Part shown: in pieces, positions 1-9,453 of the stretch
How the letters are laid out: each line of letters starts with the position of its first letter
Position numbering within the stretch: position 1 is the stretch's first letter
DNA from: Acidobacteriota bacterium
GTDB lineage: Bacteria > Acidobacteriota > Polarisedimenticolia > Polarisedimenticolales > JAIQFR01
DNA length: 64,000 bases
Direction: 5' to 3'
Assembly: GCA_041494445.1 (NCBI GenBank)
Contig: JBGQAU010000005.1
Coordinates: 4,030-68,029, forward strand
Position numbers and translations under genes: made by a program
Notes under the pieces: generated by a model
Database searches by the model: none
What the model was told of the DNA's origin: nothing
Seen by the model: the letters and a program-made list of their open reading frames with translations, nothing else

Positions 1-728
1 ACCGGGAGGCGCGAATGGCCGGTGCGAAGCAGCGCCTTCCTCGCTTCCGACACCGTGCTGTCGGCGGGAAGGGCCGCAACGTCGGTCCGCGGGGTCATGA
101 TCTCGCGGACCCGCGTCTCGCCGAGGTCCACGATCCCCCGGACCATCCGGCTTTCGCCTGCCTCGAGGATCCCCTCCCGCTCCCCCACCTCCAGGAACGC
201 CTCGACCTCGCCATCGTCTTCGTCGGTTTCGGATTCGCCCTGGCCGGCCCTCGCGGAGAAGCGCCGCACCAGGGTCTCCATCGGCTTTGCCGCGGGGAAG
301 AACGTGCCGTGGATCGGCGGCGCGAGGAAGGCGGTGGCTCGGATGGCGGCCCGTGGCGCTCGCAACGCGAGCACCCGAGCCACGAGCCCCTCGAGCAGGA
401 GCACGCCGAGGACGATCCCGCCCGCGACGCCCAGGAGCCACGGATGGGACAGGCCGCTCCCACGCGCCGCCAGCGCCAGGGAGACGCTCGCGCCGAGGAG
501 GCAGGTCTCCCGCGCGGCATGGAGGGAGATTCGGCGGCTCGACTGACCGTTCCGCACCTCTTCCAGGAACCGCAGCCGGCGGTCCTCCGCGGCGAGCCGC
601 CGGACCGCCACGCGGCTCAGGCTCGAGACGGCCAGCAGGAGCACGGCGATCGCCGTCTCCACGAGGAACAGGAACGCGGCGAGGCCGAGCGCGGCTGCGA
701 TCAGCGCCGCCGGCGCACCGCCGTTCAC
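1..728 (-). CDS. CorC/TlyC-type hemolysin-family protein (DUF21 membrane domain + CBS), N-terminal part; gene runs off the left edge
   Basis: Own minus-strand translation from GTG at 728: VNGGAPAALIAAALGLAAFLFLVETAIAVLLL... (TM helices), then ...EREGILEAGESRMVRGIVDLGETRVREIMTPRTDV, the linker/CBS-entry signature of this family. GTGA start/stop overlap with ybeY. Classic phoH-ybeY-corC order. Absent from the ORF track because there is no stop in the window. Confidence 0.75.
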   Translation of the reverse strand, partial: MNGGAPAALIAAALGLAAFLFLVETAIAVLLLAVSSLSRVAVRRLAAEDRRLRFLEEVRNGQSSRRISLHAARETCLLGASVSLALAARGSGLSHPWLLGVAGGIVLGVLLLEGLVARVLALRAPRAAIRATAFLAPPIHGTFFPAAKPMETLVRRFSARAGQGESETDEDDGEVEAFLEVGEREGILEAGESRMVRGIVDLGETRVREIMTPRTDVAALPADSTVSEARKALLRTGHSRLP

Positions 729-1186
729 GCACTCCCCCGGGACCGCTCCCCGAGGAGCCGCCGGATCAACCGCCGTTCCATTCGCGACATCTCCCCGCGA
801 TCCCTCTCGTGATCGTGGCCGAGCAGATGCAGGTACCCGTGAAGGGCCAGGATCCGAAGCTCGCGTCCGAGCGTATGCCCCGCCTCACGCGCCTGGCGCG
901 CGGCCCGCGGGACGGACACCGCGATGTCCCCCAGGTCGAGCCGCCCCTCGAGATCCCGGGTCCCGCCGCCGGGGAAGGCCAGGACGTCCGTGGTCGCGTT
1001 CCGGCCCCTAAAGGCGCGATTGAGCTCACGCATCGCGGCGTCGGAGAGGAGGCAGAGCGCCACGCGCGCGCCGCGCGGAGGAGGGGCCTCGACCGCGAGC
1101 CGCTCCAAGAAAACCCCGAGCGCGCCGGCGCCCGCCGTCCTTCGGCGCGGCCGGTCCACGACCGCGACCTCGAAAGGCGGCGGCAC
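725..1186 (-). CDS. ybeY: Endoribonuclease YbeY (rRNA maturation factor)
   Basis: C-terminal part of track ORF 725..2569: ...NATTDVLAFPGG...ILALHGYLHLLGHDHERDRGEMSRME, the H-x3-H-x5-H zinc motif. Start placed at in-frame GTG 1186 (alternative GTG near 1159). The remainder of the 614-aa track ORF is antisense to pgpH. Confidence 0.85.
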   Translation of the reverse strand: MPPPFEVAVVDRPRRRTAGAGALGVFLERLAVEAPPPRGARVALCLLSDAAMRELNRAFRGRNATTDVLAFPGGGTRDLEGRLDLGDIAVSVPRAARQAREAGHTLGRELRILALHGYLHLLGHDHERDRGEMSRMERRLIRRLLGERSRGSA

Positions 1187-1224
1187 GGGGAGGCCGGATC
1201 CCGCCCCGCCCCCTCTCCGCGGGC

Positions 1225-3585
1225 TCACCTTGCAGCGCTCCGCGCGGCGCGCCGCTCCGGGGCGGCCCCGCCGGCCTTCCCGTTCGGCCGGGGACGGCCG
1301 AATTCGAACCCGGGGTAGTCCAGCCGGTGGTGGTACATGCTGGTCAGGGTGCGCAGGAACGCCTCCTCGATCCTCTCGAGGTCCGAGAAGGTCAGGTCGC
1401 ACTCGTCCAGCTGGCCATCGAGGACGATGGCGCCGCTCATTTTGTGGATCAGCTCTCCCAGGCGTCCCGGCGTCGGCTCGTCCAGGGTCCTCGCCGCGGC
1501 CTCGACGGCGTCGGCGAGCATGAAGATCGCGGTTTCCTTGGTCTGCGGCTTGGGGCCCGGATAGCGGAAGTCCGCCTCCGAAACCGGGCCGAGCAACGGG
1601 TCCGCCGTCTTCAGCGCCTTGTCGTAGAAGTACGTCATCACCCGCGTTCCGTGGTGTTGCGGGACGACGTCCACGATCTGCTCCGGGAGGCCGGCCTCCC
1701 GGGCCAGGCGGATCCCATCCTTGACGTGCGCGGCGATGATCAGCGCGGACATGAACGGCGAGAGCCGGTCGTGAGGGTTCGAGCCGTGCTGGTTCTCGAC
1801 GTAGTACTCGGGCTTCCTGATCTTCCCGATGTCGTGATAGAAGGCGGCGACGCGGCAGTACAGCGAGTTCGCGCCGATCGCCTTCGCGGCCTCCTCGGCC
1901 AGCGTCCCCAGGACCAGGCTGTGGTTGTAAGACCCCGGCGCCTTGACGGCGAACTCGGACAGGAGGGGCTGGTTGACGTTGGACAGCTCCAAGAGGCGGA
2001 TGTCGGTGAGCACCCTGAAGAGCCCCTCGAACAGCGGCAGGGCGAACGACACGAAGAGCCCCGTCCCCACCGCGCCTCCCACGAACGCGAGGCCCGCCTC
2101 GTAGAGGCCCCGTGAGATCGGGACCAGGCCATCCCTCACCGCCGCGACCGCTAGCGCCGCCACCCCGCCGGCCACCCCCGCCACGAAACCCGCGCGGAGG
2201 AGCGCCGCGCGCTCGCGATAGGTGGTGATCGCGTAGATCCCGGCCCACTGGACCAGGAGCGCCCAGGTCATCGCGAAGGTGTTCCAACCGTTCATCGCCG
2301 CGAAGAGAAGCGCGGTGAATCCGGAGTACACCATCGCGATCCGGCCGGTGGCGAGTAGCGCCACGAGGATCGACCCGCCTGCCAGCGGAATCAGGTAGGT
2401 GTAGCTGGCGGGATCGTTGAAGGGAGGCGAGAGATCGTCGACCAGCCCCGTCGCGATCCAGAGCATCGCGCTCGACAGGAGGAGCATCGAGAGCAGCACG
2501 AGGGCGAGCAGCGCGTGGAGATGTCGGATCTTCCTGAAGGCACGCTGATGGTAGCGGGTGTACCGCCACAGGAAGAACGCGAGCAGCGAGACGATGACCA
2601 GGGTCCCGGCCAGGCCGGGGAGGCCAACCCGTTCGCGCTGCCCCCCTCTCGACGCCTCGATCCGAGCGCGGATCTCCGCCGTCACCCTCTCGCCTGCGTG
2701 CGCCAGGGCGGCGCCCCCGGGCACCGTCCGGACCACGGGCTGCGCGGCGGCCACCGCGGCCTCGCGTCTCGCCGCCGTGGCCTCGGGATCGTAGGCCACG
2801 TTGACGTCCACGAACGATGCGACCAGCTCCGCGAGCGGAGCGCGCTGCTCCGGGGGGACGGAGCGGCTCGCCTGCACGGCGGCGCGCGCCTGCCCCCTGG
2901 CTTCGTCGAGGTCCAGCACCCTCCCCGCCCCCGAGAGCCGTTCCTCTTCGCCCCCCGGCACGTGGACGAGCAGCACCGCGGGAGCGTTCTCGAGAAGCGC
3001 CTTGCTCCCGACGATCAAGCCCTCCATGACCTCTTGCACGATCGCGCCCAGCTCGCGCTCCACCTGGCCGGAGAATCCGAGGCGGGCCAGGGCGTCGATC
3101 TCGGGGTCCCGCAGGATCCCGCGCAGCGCTTCTCGCGCCTCCGCCGAGGTCTCCGCGCGCCCCCCCGCCCCGGCCTTAGGGAGCGCGTCCCGTCCCGCCT
3201 CGAAGATCGCGCGCAGCTTGTCCGCGAGGCGCTCGCCGCGCGCCCGGTCGTGGAGGTAGACATCGGGGACGGCCTCGGCGGCGGCGTGGCGGCGCGCCTC
3301 GGTCTGCTGTGCGTCGGGTATCGCGGTCTCCGCCCGCGCGACCACATCGTGATCGAGGAGCTCGCCGACGGCCGGAAGGCGCTCGGCGCCCGGGCCGCCG
3401 ACGGCGACAAGCAGGGTCACGATCGCGATGAGCAGGCCGCTCCAGAAAAGGTCCGCGGCGAGCAGCCGGTCGGCCGCGCGCCGCGCGAAATTCCTCGCCC
3501 GCAGAGGCAAGCTCAATTTCCGCCCCGCCGGAGCGACCGGCTCGCCGCCCGCGCGCGCCTTCGAGGGCGCGGAATCGTCGCTCAC
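1225..3585 (-). CDS. pgpH: 7TM-HD membrane phosphohydrolase (PgpH/YqfF-like, putative c-di-AMP phosphodiesterase)
   Basis: 786-aa ORF with an N-terminal extracellular region, seven hydrophobic helices (LLAFFLWRY..., ILVALLATGRIAMVY...) and a C-terminal HD domain (NHSLVLG...FYHDIGK...VPQHHGT). GTGA overlap with the phoH stop. Standard pgpH position in the phoH-pgpH-ybeY block. Confidence 0.85.
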   Translation of the reverse strand: MSDDSAPSKARAGGEPVAPAGRKLSLPLRARNFARRAADRLLAADLFWSGLLIAIVTLLVAVGGPGAERLPAVGELLDHDVVARAETAIPDAQQTEARRHAAAEAVPDVYLHDRARGERLADKLRAIFEAGRDALPKAGAGGRAETSAEAREALRGILRDPEIDALARLGFSGQVERELGAIVQEVMEGLIVGSKALLENAPAVLLVHVPGGEEERLSGAGRVLDLDEARGQARAAVQASRSVPPEQRAPLAELVASFVDVNVAYDPEATAARREAAVAAAQPVVRTVPGGAALAHAGERVTAEIRARIEASRGGQRERVGLPGLAGTLVIVSLLAFFLWRYTRYHQRAFRKIRHLHALLALVLLSMLLLSSAMLWIATGLVDDLSPPFNDPASYTYLIPLAGGSILVALLATGRIAMVYSGFTALLFAAMNGWNTFAMTWALLVQWAGIYAITTYRERAALLRAGFVAGVAGGVAALAVAAVRDGLVPISRGLYEAGLAFVGGAVGTGLFVSFALPLFEGLFRVLTDIRLLELSNVNQPLLSEFAVKAPGSYNHSLVLGTLAEEAAKAIGANSLYCRVAAFYHDIGKIRKPEYYVENQHGSNPHDRLSPFMSALIIAAHVKDGIRLAREAGLPEQIVDVVPQHHGTRVMTYFYDKALKTADPLLGPVSEADFRYPGPKPQTKETAIFMLADAVEAAARTLDEPTPGRLGELIHKMSGAIVLDGQLDECDLTFSDLERIEEAFLRTLTSMYHHRLDYPGFEFGRPRPNGKAGGAAPERRAARSAAR

Positions 3586-4592
3586 CGGTCCCCCTCCGCC
3601 GGAGGGCCGCCGCTCCGGCCGGGGCGGCCCTCGCGTCGCGAGGCCGCTCGCCGATCGTAGGCCAGGATGATCTGCTGGACCAGCGGATGCCGCACGACAT
3701 CGGTCTCGTCGAAGTGGACGAATTCGATCCCCGAGATTCCCGACAGCACCTCCCGCGCCTCGACCAGGCCGGACGTTCGCTCCACGGGAAGATCGATTTG
3801 GGTGACGTCGCCGGTCACCACCGCCTTGGAATCGAAACCGATACGGGTCAGGAACATCTTCATCTGCTCCGAGGTGGTGTTCTGCCCTTCGTCCAGAATC
3901 ACGAAGGAGTCGTTCAGCGTCCGGCCGCGCATGAACGCCAGAGGGGCGACCTCGATGATGCCCCGGTCGAGAAGGTTCTCGATCCGGTCGCGCTCGAGCA
4001 TGTCGTAGAGTGCGTCGTAAAGCGGCCGCAGATACGGGTCCACCTTGGCGGCGATGTCACCCGGGAGAAACCCCAGCCGCTCCCCGGCCTCCACCGCGGG
4101 CCGCGCGAGGATGATCCTCTGGACACGCTTCTCGTTGAGCAGGGTGATCGCCATCGCGACGGCCAGGTAGGTCTTCCCCGTTCCAGCGGGCCCGATGGCG
4201 ATCACCAGGTCGTTTTCCCGGATGGCCTCGACGTAGCGCCGCTGATTGGCCGACTTGGGCACCACGGCCTTTTTCGCGGACGGCTTGAGGCGCGCGTGGA
4301 CGAAGTGGTCCGCGAGCCTGACGTCGGGGTCCCGCTCCAGGAGCCCGATGGCCGTCCGGATGTCCTCGCGCCTTAGGGCCAGGCCGCGCTCGTGAAGCGC
4401 GGCGAGTTGCCGGAGAAGACGCTCCACTCGGTCCTCCCTCCCGCCGCCCTCTTCTCCGTCTCCTTCCACGGTGATCCGGTCGCCGCGCGCCGACACTCGG
4501 ACCCCGAAGCGCTGCTCGATCAGTCGGAGCGTCTCGTCGAGGCTTCCCACCAGGACTTGGATGGCCCTCGCGTCGAGGATGATCGTCTTCAT
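3582..4592 (-). CDS. phoH: PhoH-like ATPase (YbeZ)
   Basis: Walker [16 protein letters not shown] and ILDEGQNTT Walker B-like motif. Start taken at ATG 4592 ([12 protein letters not shown]...), 1 nt after the upstream lipoprotein stop. The first 44 codons of the track ORF overlap the upstream gene. Confidence 0.9.
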   Translation of the reverse strand: MKTIILDARAIQVLVGSLDETLRLIEQRFGVRVSARGDRITVEGDGEEGGGREDRVERLLRQLAALHERGLALRREDIRTAIGLLERDPDVRLADHFVHARLKPSAKKAVVPKSANQRRYVEAIRENDLVIAIGPAGTGKTYLAVAMAITLLNEKRVQRIILARPAVEAGERLGFLPGDIAAKVDPYLRPLYDALYDMLERDRIENLLDRGIIEVAPLAFMRGRTLNDSFVILDEGQNTTSEQMKMFLTRIGFDSKAVVTGDVTQIDLPVERTSGLVEAREVLSGISGIEFVHFDETDVVRHPLVQQIILAYDRRAASRREGRPGRSGGPPAEGDR

Positions 4593-4593
4593 G

Positions 4594-5172
4594 TCAAGGT
4601 CGCCCGGCCGCCTCTCCGGGCTCCTGGAACTGCCTGGGTCCCGCGAGCGCGGCGGCCCGGGCCCGCTCCGCGTCCTCGGCGGCGCCGCGGGCGAGGGCGA
4701 CCGCCCGAGGGTAGGCGCAGGCATCGCCGCTCATCCGCCGCGCCTCCGCGAGCAAGCGCGAGGCGGCGTCGAGATCCGGGGAAGTCCGGCCGCCCGCCTC
4801 GGCCTCCCTCGCCCGAGCCACCGCCGACTCGGCCGACTCGAGGGCGCTCTTAGCCTCGGCCAGGGCGACGTCCTTCACGGATTCGACCCGCGCCGATAGC
4901 GCGAGCACTTCGGGCAGGATCGGCTCGGCGACGCTCCGGGCCCTCGCGCACCTTCGCCCGTCGGCCAAGCGGTTCATCTCGTCGATCCGGGCCTCGAGGG
5001 AGGCCAGGTCCCGCGGAGCATAGATCGTGGCGCACGCGTCCTTCGCGCGACCCAGGGCGAGGTTGACCTCGACGATCGACCGGGGCGGCCTGCGGCAGCA
5101 GCCCCCGCCAGCGAGGGCGAGCGCCATGGAAGCGACGAGCGCGACGATCGAGGGCGATCTTCTCGGACGCAT
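4594..5172 (-). CDS. Putative lipoprotein, helical (DUF4398-like?)
   Basis: 192-aa ORF with a signal peptide and lipobox-like ALALAGGGC. Ala/Glu/Arg-rich helical body. Tightly packed upstream of phoH. No catalytic motif recognised. Confidence 0.5.
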   Translation of the reverse strand: MRPRRSPSIVALVASMALALAGGGCCRRPPRSIVEVNLALGRAKDACATIYAPRDLASLEARIDEMNRLADGRRCARARSVAEPILPEVLALSARVESVKDVALAEAKSALESAESAVARAREAEAGGRTSPDLDAASRLLAEARRMSGDACAYPRAVALARGAAEDAERARAAALAGPRQFQEPGEAAGRP

Positions 5173-5204
5173 ACGAGCCCGCCCCTCCTCAACACCCGCC
5201 GCAC

Positions 5205-5234
5205 GCTATAGCACAAGCGCTTCACGAGGGTCAA
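5205..5234 (-). promoter_or_regulatory. Candidate sigma70-type promoter for the lipoprotein-phoH-pgpH-ybeY-corC operon
   Basis: Minus strand reads TTGACC (5234..5229), 18 nt, TATAGC (5210..5205), followed by GAGGAGG RBS and ATG 5172. Hexamers only. Confidence 0.3.
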
Positions 5235-5252
5235 CGCGGGCCGGCGCGCCGG

Positions 5253-7040
5253 CTACTCCCGCTCGTCCACGCGCAGGTGGAGATCCCGGAGCTGCCCCGC
5301 ATCGACCGGCGCCGGCGACGACGTCATGAGGCAGGACGCGCTCGTGGTCTTGGGGAAGGCGATCACGTCGCGGATCGAGTCCGCGCCCGCCAGCATCGCG
5401 CAGATCCGGTCGAATCCCAGCGCGATCCCCCCGTGCGGCGGCGCTCCGGATTCCAGCGCCCGGAGGAGGAATCCGAACCTCGCAACGGCCTCTTCCGGCG
5501 AGATCGAAAGCGCGCGGAACACCCTCTCCTGGAGGTCCCTCCGGTGGATTCGGATGCTCCCGCCGCCGATCTCGGTGCCGTTGAGCACCAGGTCGTAGGC
5601 CTGCGCGCGAACGGATGCGGGGTCGGACTCGAGCCGGTCGAGGTCCTCCCATCGGGGCGCCGTGAAAGGGTGGTGGCAGGCCACGAAGCGCCGCTCTTCA
5701 GCGTCCCACTGGAGCAGCGGAAAGCGCTCGATCCACAGCAGGTCCCAGCGGTTCGTCGGCACGAGCTTCAGCTCCGCCGCGATCCTGAGCCTCAGCGCCC
5801 CGAGCACGCGGTTACACGCCTCGCGGGTGTCCGCGACGAAGAGCGCGGCGTCGCCTGAAGAAGCGCCGACCGCCGCGGCCGCCGCGCGCGCCCTGTCCTC
5901 TCCCAGCGCCTTGAGCGCAGGCGAGGCGACACCTCCTCCGGGCTCGAGTTTGACGGTCACGAGCCCTTTCGCCCCCGCCTCCCGGGCCCAGGCGGTCCAG
6001 GTGTCCAGCGCTTTCCGCGAGGCCGCGCCCCCTCCCGGAACGGCGATGCCGCGCACCGCGCCCCCGGCGGCGAGGGCGGAGTCGAACACGGCGAAGCCGC
6101 TCCCCTCCGCGGCGCTTCCGGCGTCCCTGAGCTCCAGGCCGAAACGGGTGTCCGGGCGGTCGCTCCCGAACCGGTCCATCGCCTCGCCGTAGGGTAGCCG
6201 CCGAAATGGAGCGTGGACCTCCACTCCGATCTCCCGGAGCATCCGGACCAACAGCGGCTCCGCCACGTCGTAGATCGTCTCGGGCTCGGCGAAGGACATC
6301 TCCATGTCGATCTGCGTGAACTCGGGCTGGCGGTCGGCCCGGTTGTCCTCGTCGCGGAAGCAGCGCGCGAACTGGTAGTAGCGCTCGAACCCCGCGACCA
6401 TCAGCAGTTGCTTGAAAAGCTGGGGCGACTGGGGCAGCGCGTAGAACTTTCCCCGGTGGATCCGGCTGGGCACGAGGTAGTCCCGCGCCCCCTCCGGGGT
6501 CGAGCGCGTGAGCATCGGCGTCTCGATCTCGACGAAGCCGAGGTCGTCCAGCACCTTGCGTGTCGCGACGGCCAGGCGGTGCCGCAACCGCATCGCCGCC
6601 TGAAGACGAGGCCGCCTGAGGTCTACGTACCGGTGCGTGAGCCGCGCCTCCTCGTTCGCCTCGATCTCGTCGTCCACCGGGAACGGGACCGACAGCGCGC
6701 GATTGTGGACCATGAGCTCCGCGGCACGGACCTCGACGCGGCCCGTCGGATGGTCGGGGTTGACCGCCTCGCGCGGGACCGCCACTCCCCGCACGCCCAC
6801 GACGTCCTCGGCATGGAGGTGCTGCGCCGCGGCGTGGGCCTCGGGAACGCTCGAGGGGTCGAACACCACCTGCACGCGCCCCGTGGCGTCCCGGATCTCG
6901 ACGAAGATGAGGTTCCCGAGGTCCCGGCGGCGGTGCACCCATCCGGTAAGGATCACCTCACGTCGCGACGCCGCGTCGTCCTCCGTGACCCGGCCGCAGC
7001 CCACGGTGCGATGCAGCAGCCGCGGCACGTCATTGCCCAT
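5253..7040 (-). CDS. aspS: Aspartyl-tRNA synthetase
   Basis: 595-aa ORF with N-terminal OB anticodon-binding domain (GWVHRRRDLGNLIFVEIRDATG), class II motifs (FYALPQSPQLFKQLLM, FRDEDNRADRQPEFTQIDMEMSF, GGGSIRIHR, GIALGFDRI) and a GAD insertion. Confidence 0.95.
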   Translation of the reverse strand: MGNDVPRLLHRTVGCGRVTEDDAASRREVILTGWVHRRRDLGNLIFVEIRDATGRVQVVFDPSSVPEAHAAAQHLHAEDVVGVRGVAVPREAVNPDHPTGRVEVRAAELMVHNRALSVPFPVDDEIEANEEARLTHRYVDLRRPRLQAAMRLRHRLAVATRKVLDDLGFVEIETPMLTRSTPEGARDYLVPSRIHRGKFYALPQSPQLFKQLLMVAGFERYYQFARCFRDEDNRADRQPEFTQIDMEMSFAEPETIYDVAEPLLVRMLREIGVEVHAPFRRLPYGEAMDRFGSDRPDTRFGLELRDAGSAAEGSGFAVFDSALAAGGAVRGIAVPGGGAASRKALDTWTAWAREAGAKGLVTVKLEPGGGVASPALKALGEDRARAAAAAVGASSGDAALFVADTREACNRVLGALRLRIAAELKLVPTNRWDLLWIERFPLLQWDAEERRFVACHHPFTAPRWEDLDRLESDPASVRAQAYDLVLNGTEIGGGSIRIHRRDLQERVFRALSISPEEAVARFGFLLRALESGAPPHGGIALGFDRICAMLAGADSIRDVIAFPKTTSASCLMTSSPAPVDAGQLRDLHLRVDERE

Positions 7041-8298
7041 GCTTTCCTCCCAGCCGGGCCAGAAGGCCCGGCTCGTCCACCGTGACCTGCTCCCCGGTGG
7101 CCAGGTCCTTGAGCCCGTAACGGCCGGCCGCCAGCTCTCCGTCCCCGATGAACAGCGCGTATCGGGCCCCGACGCGCTCCGCCCGCTTGAGCTGCGCCCC
7201 CATCGGCCGTTCCACCAGCGGCATCGTCACGCTGACGCCGGCGGCCCGGAGGCGCCGCGCCAGACCGATCGAAGCGCGCCAGGCCTCTCCCCCGAGGCAG
7301 ACCAGAAGGAGGTCGGCGCCGGGCCCGCGCCCGCGCTCCGCCGGGAGCAGGAGGATCAAACGCTCGATTCCCATCGCGAAGCCGAACCCCGGCACGGGCG
7401 GCCCGCCGATCTCTTCCACGAGCCCGTCGTACCTTCCGCCGCCGAGGATCGCGTTTTGCGACCCGAGTCCGCTGGAAACGACCTCGAAGACCGTCCGCTG
7501 ATAGTAGTCGAGGCCGCGGACGATCCGGGGATCGAGTCGATACGGAATCCCGTAGGCGTCGAGGGCCGACCGCACTTCGGCGAAGTGCGAGGCGCAGCCC
7601 TCGCACAGGTGGTCCAGCGCGCTCGGCGCCTCCTCCAGCAGCTTCCGGTCCTCCTCCACCTTGCAGTCGAACACGCGGAGGGGGTTCTCGACCATGCGTC
7701 GCTGGCAGTCCTCGCACAGCCGCTCGCGCCGCGGGGCGAGCCAGCCGAGGAGCGCTTCGCGGAAGCGGGGGCGGCACGCCGCGTCCCCGACGGAGTTGAG
7801 CGTCAGCTCACGGTCTCCGATCCCGAGCGCTCCGAGGAACGCCCAGAGCATCTCGATCGTCTCGGCGTCCGCGAGAGGCTCCGCGGAGCCGAGCACCTCC
7901 GCGCCGATCTGGTGGAATTGCCGCTGTCTTCCCTTCTGCGGGCGCTCGTAGCGGAACATCGGGCCGATGTAGTAGTAACGCTCCGGGAAGCCGGCGGCGA
8001 CCGTCCGGTGCAGAGCGTGCTCCACGAACGCCCGCACCACGGGCGCCGTGGCCTCCGGGCGCAACGTCACGGGCTCGTCCCCGGCAAGGAAGGAGTACAT
8101 CTCCTTGCGCACGATGTCCGTGGACTCCCCCACCGACCGCGCGAACAACTCCGTGGACTCGAGGACCGGCGTCCTGACCTCGCGGAAACCGTAGCGCTCG
8201 AAGATGTCGCGGGCTGTCCGCTCCACGAGCTGCCAGCGTCCGACCTCGTCGGGGAGGATGTCCCGCGTGCCGCGAATCGCGTGGTACCGGCTCTTCAT
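7030..8298 (-). CDS. hisS: Histidyl-tRNA synthetase
   Basis: C-terminal 422 aa of track ORF 7030..10251, from ATG 8298: MKSRYHAIRGTRDILPDEV...MFRYERPQKGRQRQFHQIG...GGGRYDGL...GFGFAMGIERL. 11-nt overlap with the aspS start. The upstream 650 codons of the track ORF are artefact. Confidence 0.95.
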   Translation of the reverse strand: MKSRYHAIRGTRDILPDEVGRWQLVERTARDIFERYGFREVRTPVLESTELFARSVGESTDIVRKEMYSFLAGDEPVTLRPEATAPVVRAFVEHALHRTVAAGFPERYYYIGPMFRYERPQKGRQRQFHQIGAEVLGSAEPLADAETIEMLWAFLGALGIGDRELTLNSVGDAACRPRFREALLGWLAPRRERLCEDCQRRMVENPLRVFDCKVEEDRKLLEEAPSALDHLCEGCASHFAEVRSALDAYGIPYRLDPRIVRGLDYYQRTVFEVVSSGLGSQNAILGGGRYDGLVEEIGGPPVPGFGFAMGIERLILLLPAERGRGPGADLLLVCLGGEAWRASIGLARRLRAAGVSVTMPLVERPMGAQLKRAERVGARYALFIGDGELAAGRYGLKDLATGEQVTVDEPGLLARLGGKHGQ

Positions 8299-8454
8299 GG
8301 CTCGGCGGATCCTCCATGCCTCCACCCGAGATTCCGGAGCTTGTAGCACATAAAGCCTGTAGGAGCAAGTGGTTGCGCGAGACCGTCTGGGCGGTGGGAG
8401 CCGATGCGGGCTACAATCGGCCCCTCGTGCGGAGCGGCTCCGCGGGGAGGCCCC

Positions 8455-9357
8455 ATGTTGAGCAACGGTGCGCGCCGGACCGGCTGGGGAATCGCCACGG
8501 CCTTCCTCGTCGCCTCGTCCGCCCTCGCGCAGACCCTCCCTCCGACCCCGGAGACGCCCAACGACTACCCCTCCGCGCTCCCGCCCCGAAAGAACCCTGC
8601 CCCGCCCGCCATGCTGTTCAAGCTCCTCGGCGAGGTGGCGTTGCCCGGCGTCCCCACCGGCCGCGCGCTGGCGCTGGACGGCGCGAGGATCCTCGTCCCG
8701 TTGGAGGGAGGCACGGCGGCGGTCGAGCTTTCGGTGCTGGCGGCGACCCTCGCGGAAGTGGCTCCGGCGGGAGCCGAGGGCCCGTCCGCGTGGGTGCTGT
8801 CCGAGGACGGGCGCTGTCGCGTTCGCACGCTCCCCTCGGGACGGGTCGAGGCGGAGAAGATCGGCGTGTTTCGCCGGAGATTCCGGCCCGCGTGGAAGCT
8901 GCGGGTGCCCGGTGCGACCCCCGCCCCTGCCCTCATTTCGGGACGGCGAGTGTTCTTCGGCTCGGTGGACAACCAGGTCTACTGCGTGCGACGCAAGAAC
9001 GGGCACCGACTCTGGGCGGCGGACCTCGAGGACCGGATCTCGAGCGCCCTGGCGGCGTGGCGCGGGACCCTCGCCGAGGGCGCAGCGGTCGCGGGAAAGG
9101 CCCCACGACCGGAGGTCGAGATGGTGCTCGTCGTGCCGGACGCCGGCGCTTCGCTCGTCGCCCTCGACGCGTACGACGGCACCCGTCTCGCGACGTTCGA
9201 GGTGCCCTCCACCCAGGGGATGCTCGCGACCGGACCCTTGGTTCTTCCCGACGGCCGCGTTGCGGTGGCGCGCAAGAGTTACGCCTCGAGCGGGGCCGCG
9301 CTCCTCCTGCTGCGGCCCGCGGTCGCGGAAGGAGCGTCCAAAACCGGACCAAAATGA
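8455..9357 (+). CDS. Secreted PQQ-like beta-propeller repeat protein
   Basis: GGGGAGG RBS 4 nt before ATG 8455. Signal peptide MLSNGARRTGWGIATAFLVASSALAQ. Repeat signature FFGSVDNQVYCVRRKNGHRLW, typical of PQQ/BamB-like blades. Confidence 0.5.
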   Translation: MLSNGARRTGWGIATAFLVASSALAQTLPPTPETPNDYPSALPPRKNPAPPAMLFKLLGEVALPGVPTGRALALDGARILVPLEGGTAAVELSVLAATLAEVAPAGAEGPSAWVLSEDGRCRVRTLPSGRVEAEKIGVFRRRFRPAWKLRVPGATPAPALISGRRVFFGSVDNQVYCVRRKNGHRLWAADLEDRISSALAAWRGTLAEGAAVAGKAPRPEVEMVLVVPDAGASLVALDAYDGTRLATFEVPSTQGMLATGPLVLPDGRVAVARKSYASSGAALLLLRPAVAEGASKTGPK

Positions 9358-9453
9358 TCTATGATGGGAGACGCCCGCGGGGGGACGGCGAACCAACGGG
9401 GTGGGAGCGTGCACCGGCGACCGCCTGACCGGCGCCCTCGCCAGGAGAATGCC

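Noticed and set aside
4593-4724. 5' extensions of several track ORFs: phoH to 4724, TPR to 41833, AP-family to 46234, island helicase to 21009, thrS to 52238, hemH to 31071, LolB-like to 39584
   Set aside because: The extensions overlap upstream genes or a tRNA, are low-complexity, and better internal starts exist (signal peptides, RBS, or 4-nt overlaps).
5240-5253. 14-bp palindrome GCCGGCGCGCCGGC at the aspS stop codon
   Set aside because: As RNA it gives only a 5-bp stem with a 4-nt loop and no U-run. Such GC palindromes are common in this composition.
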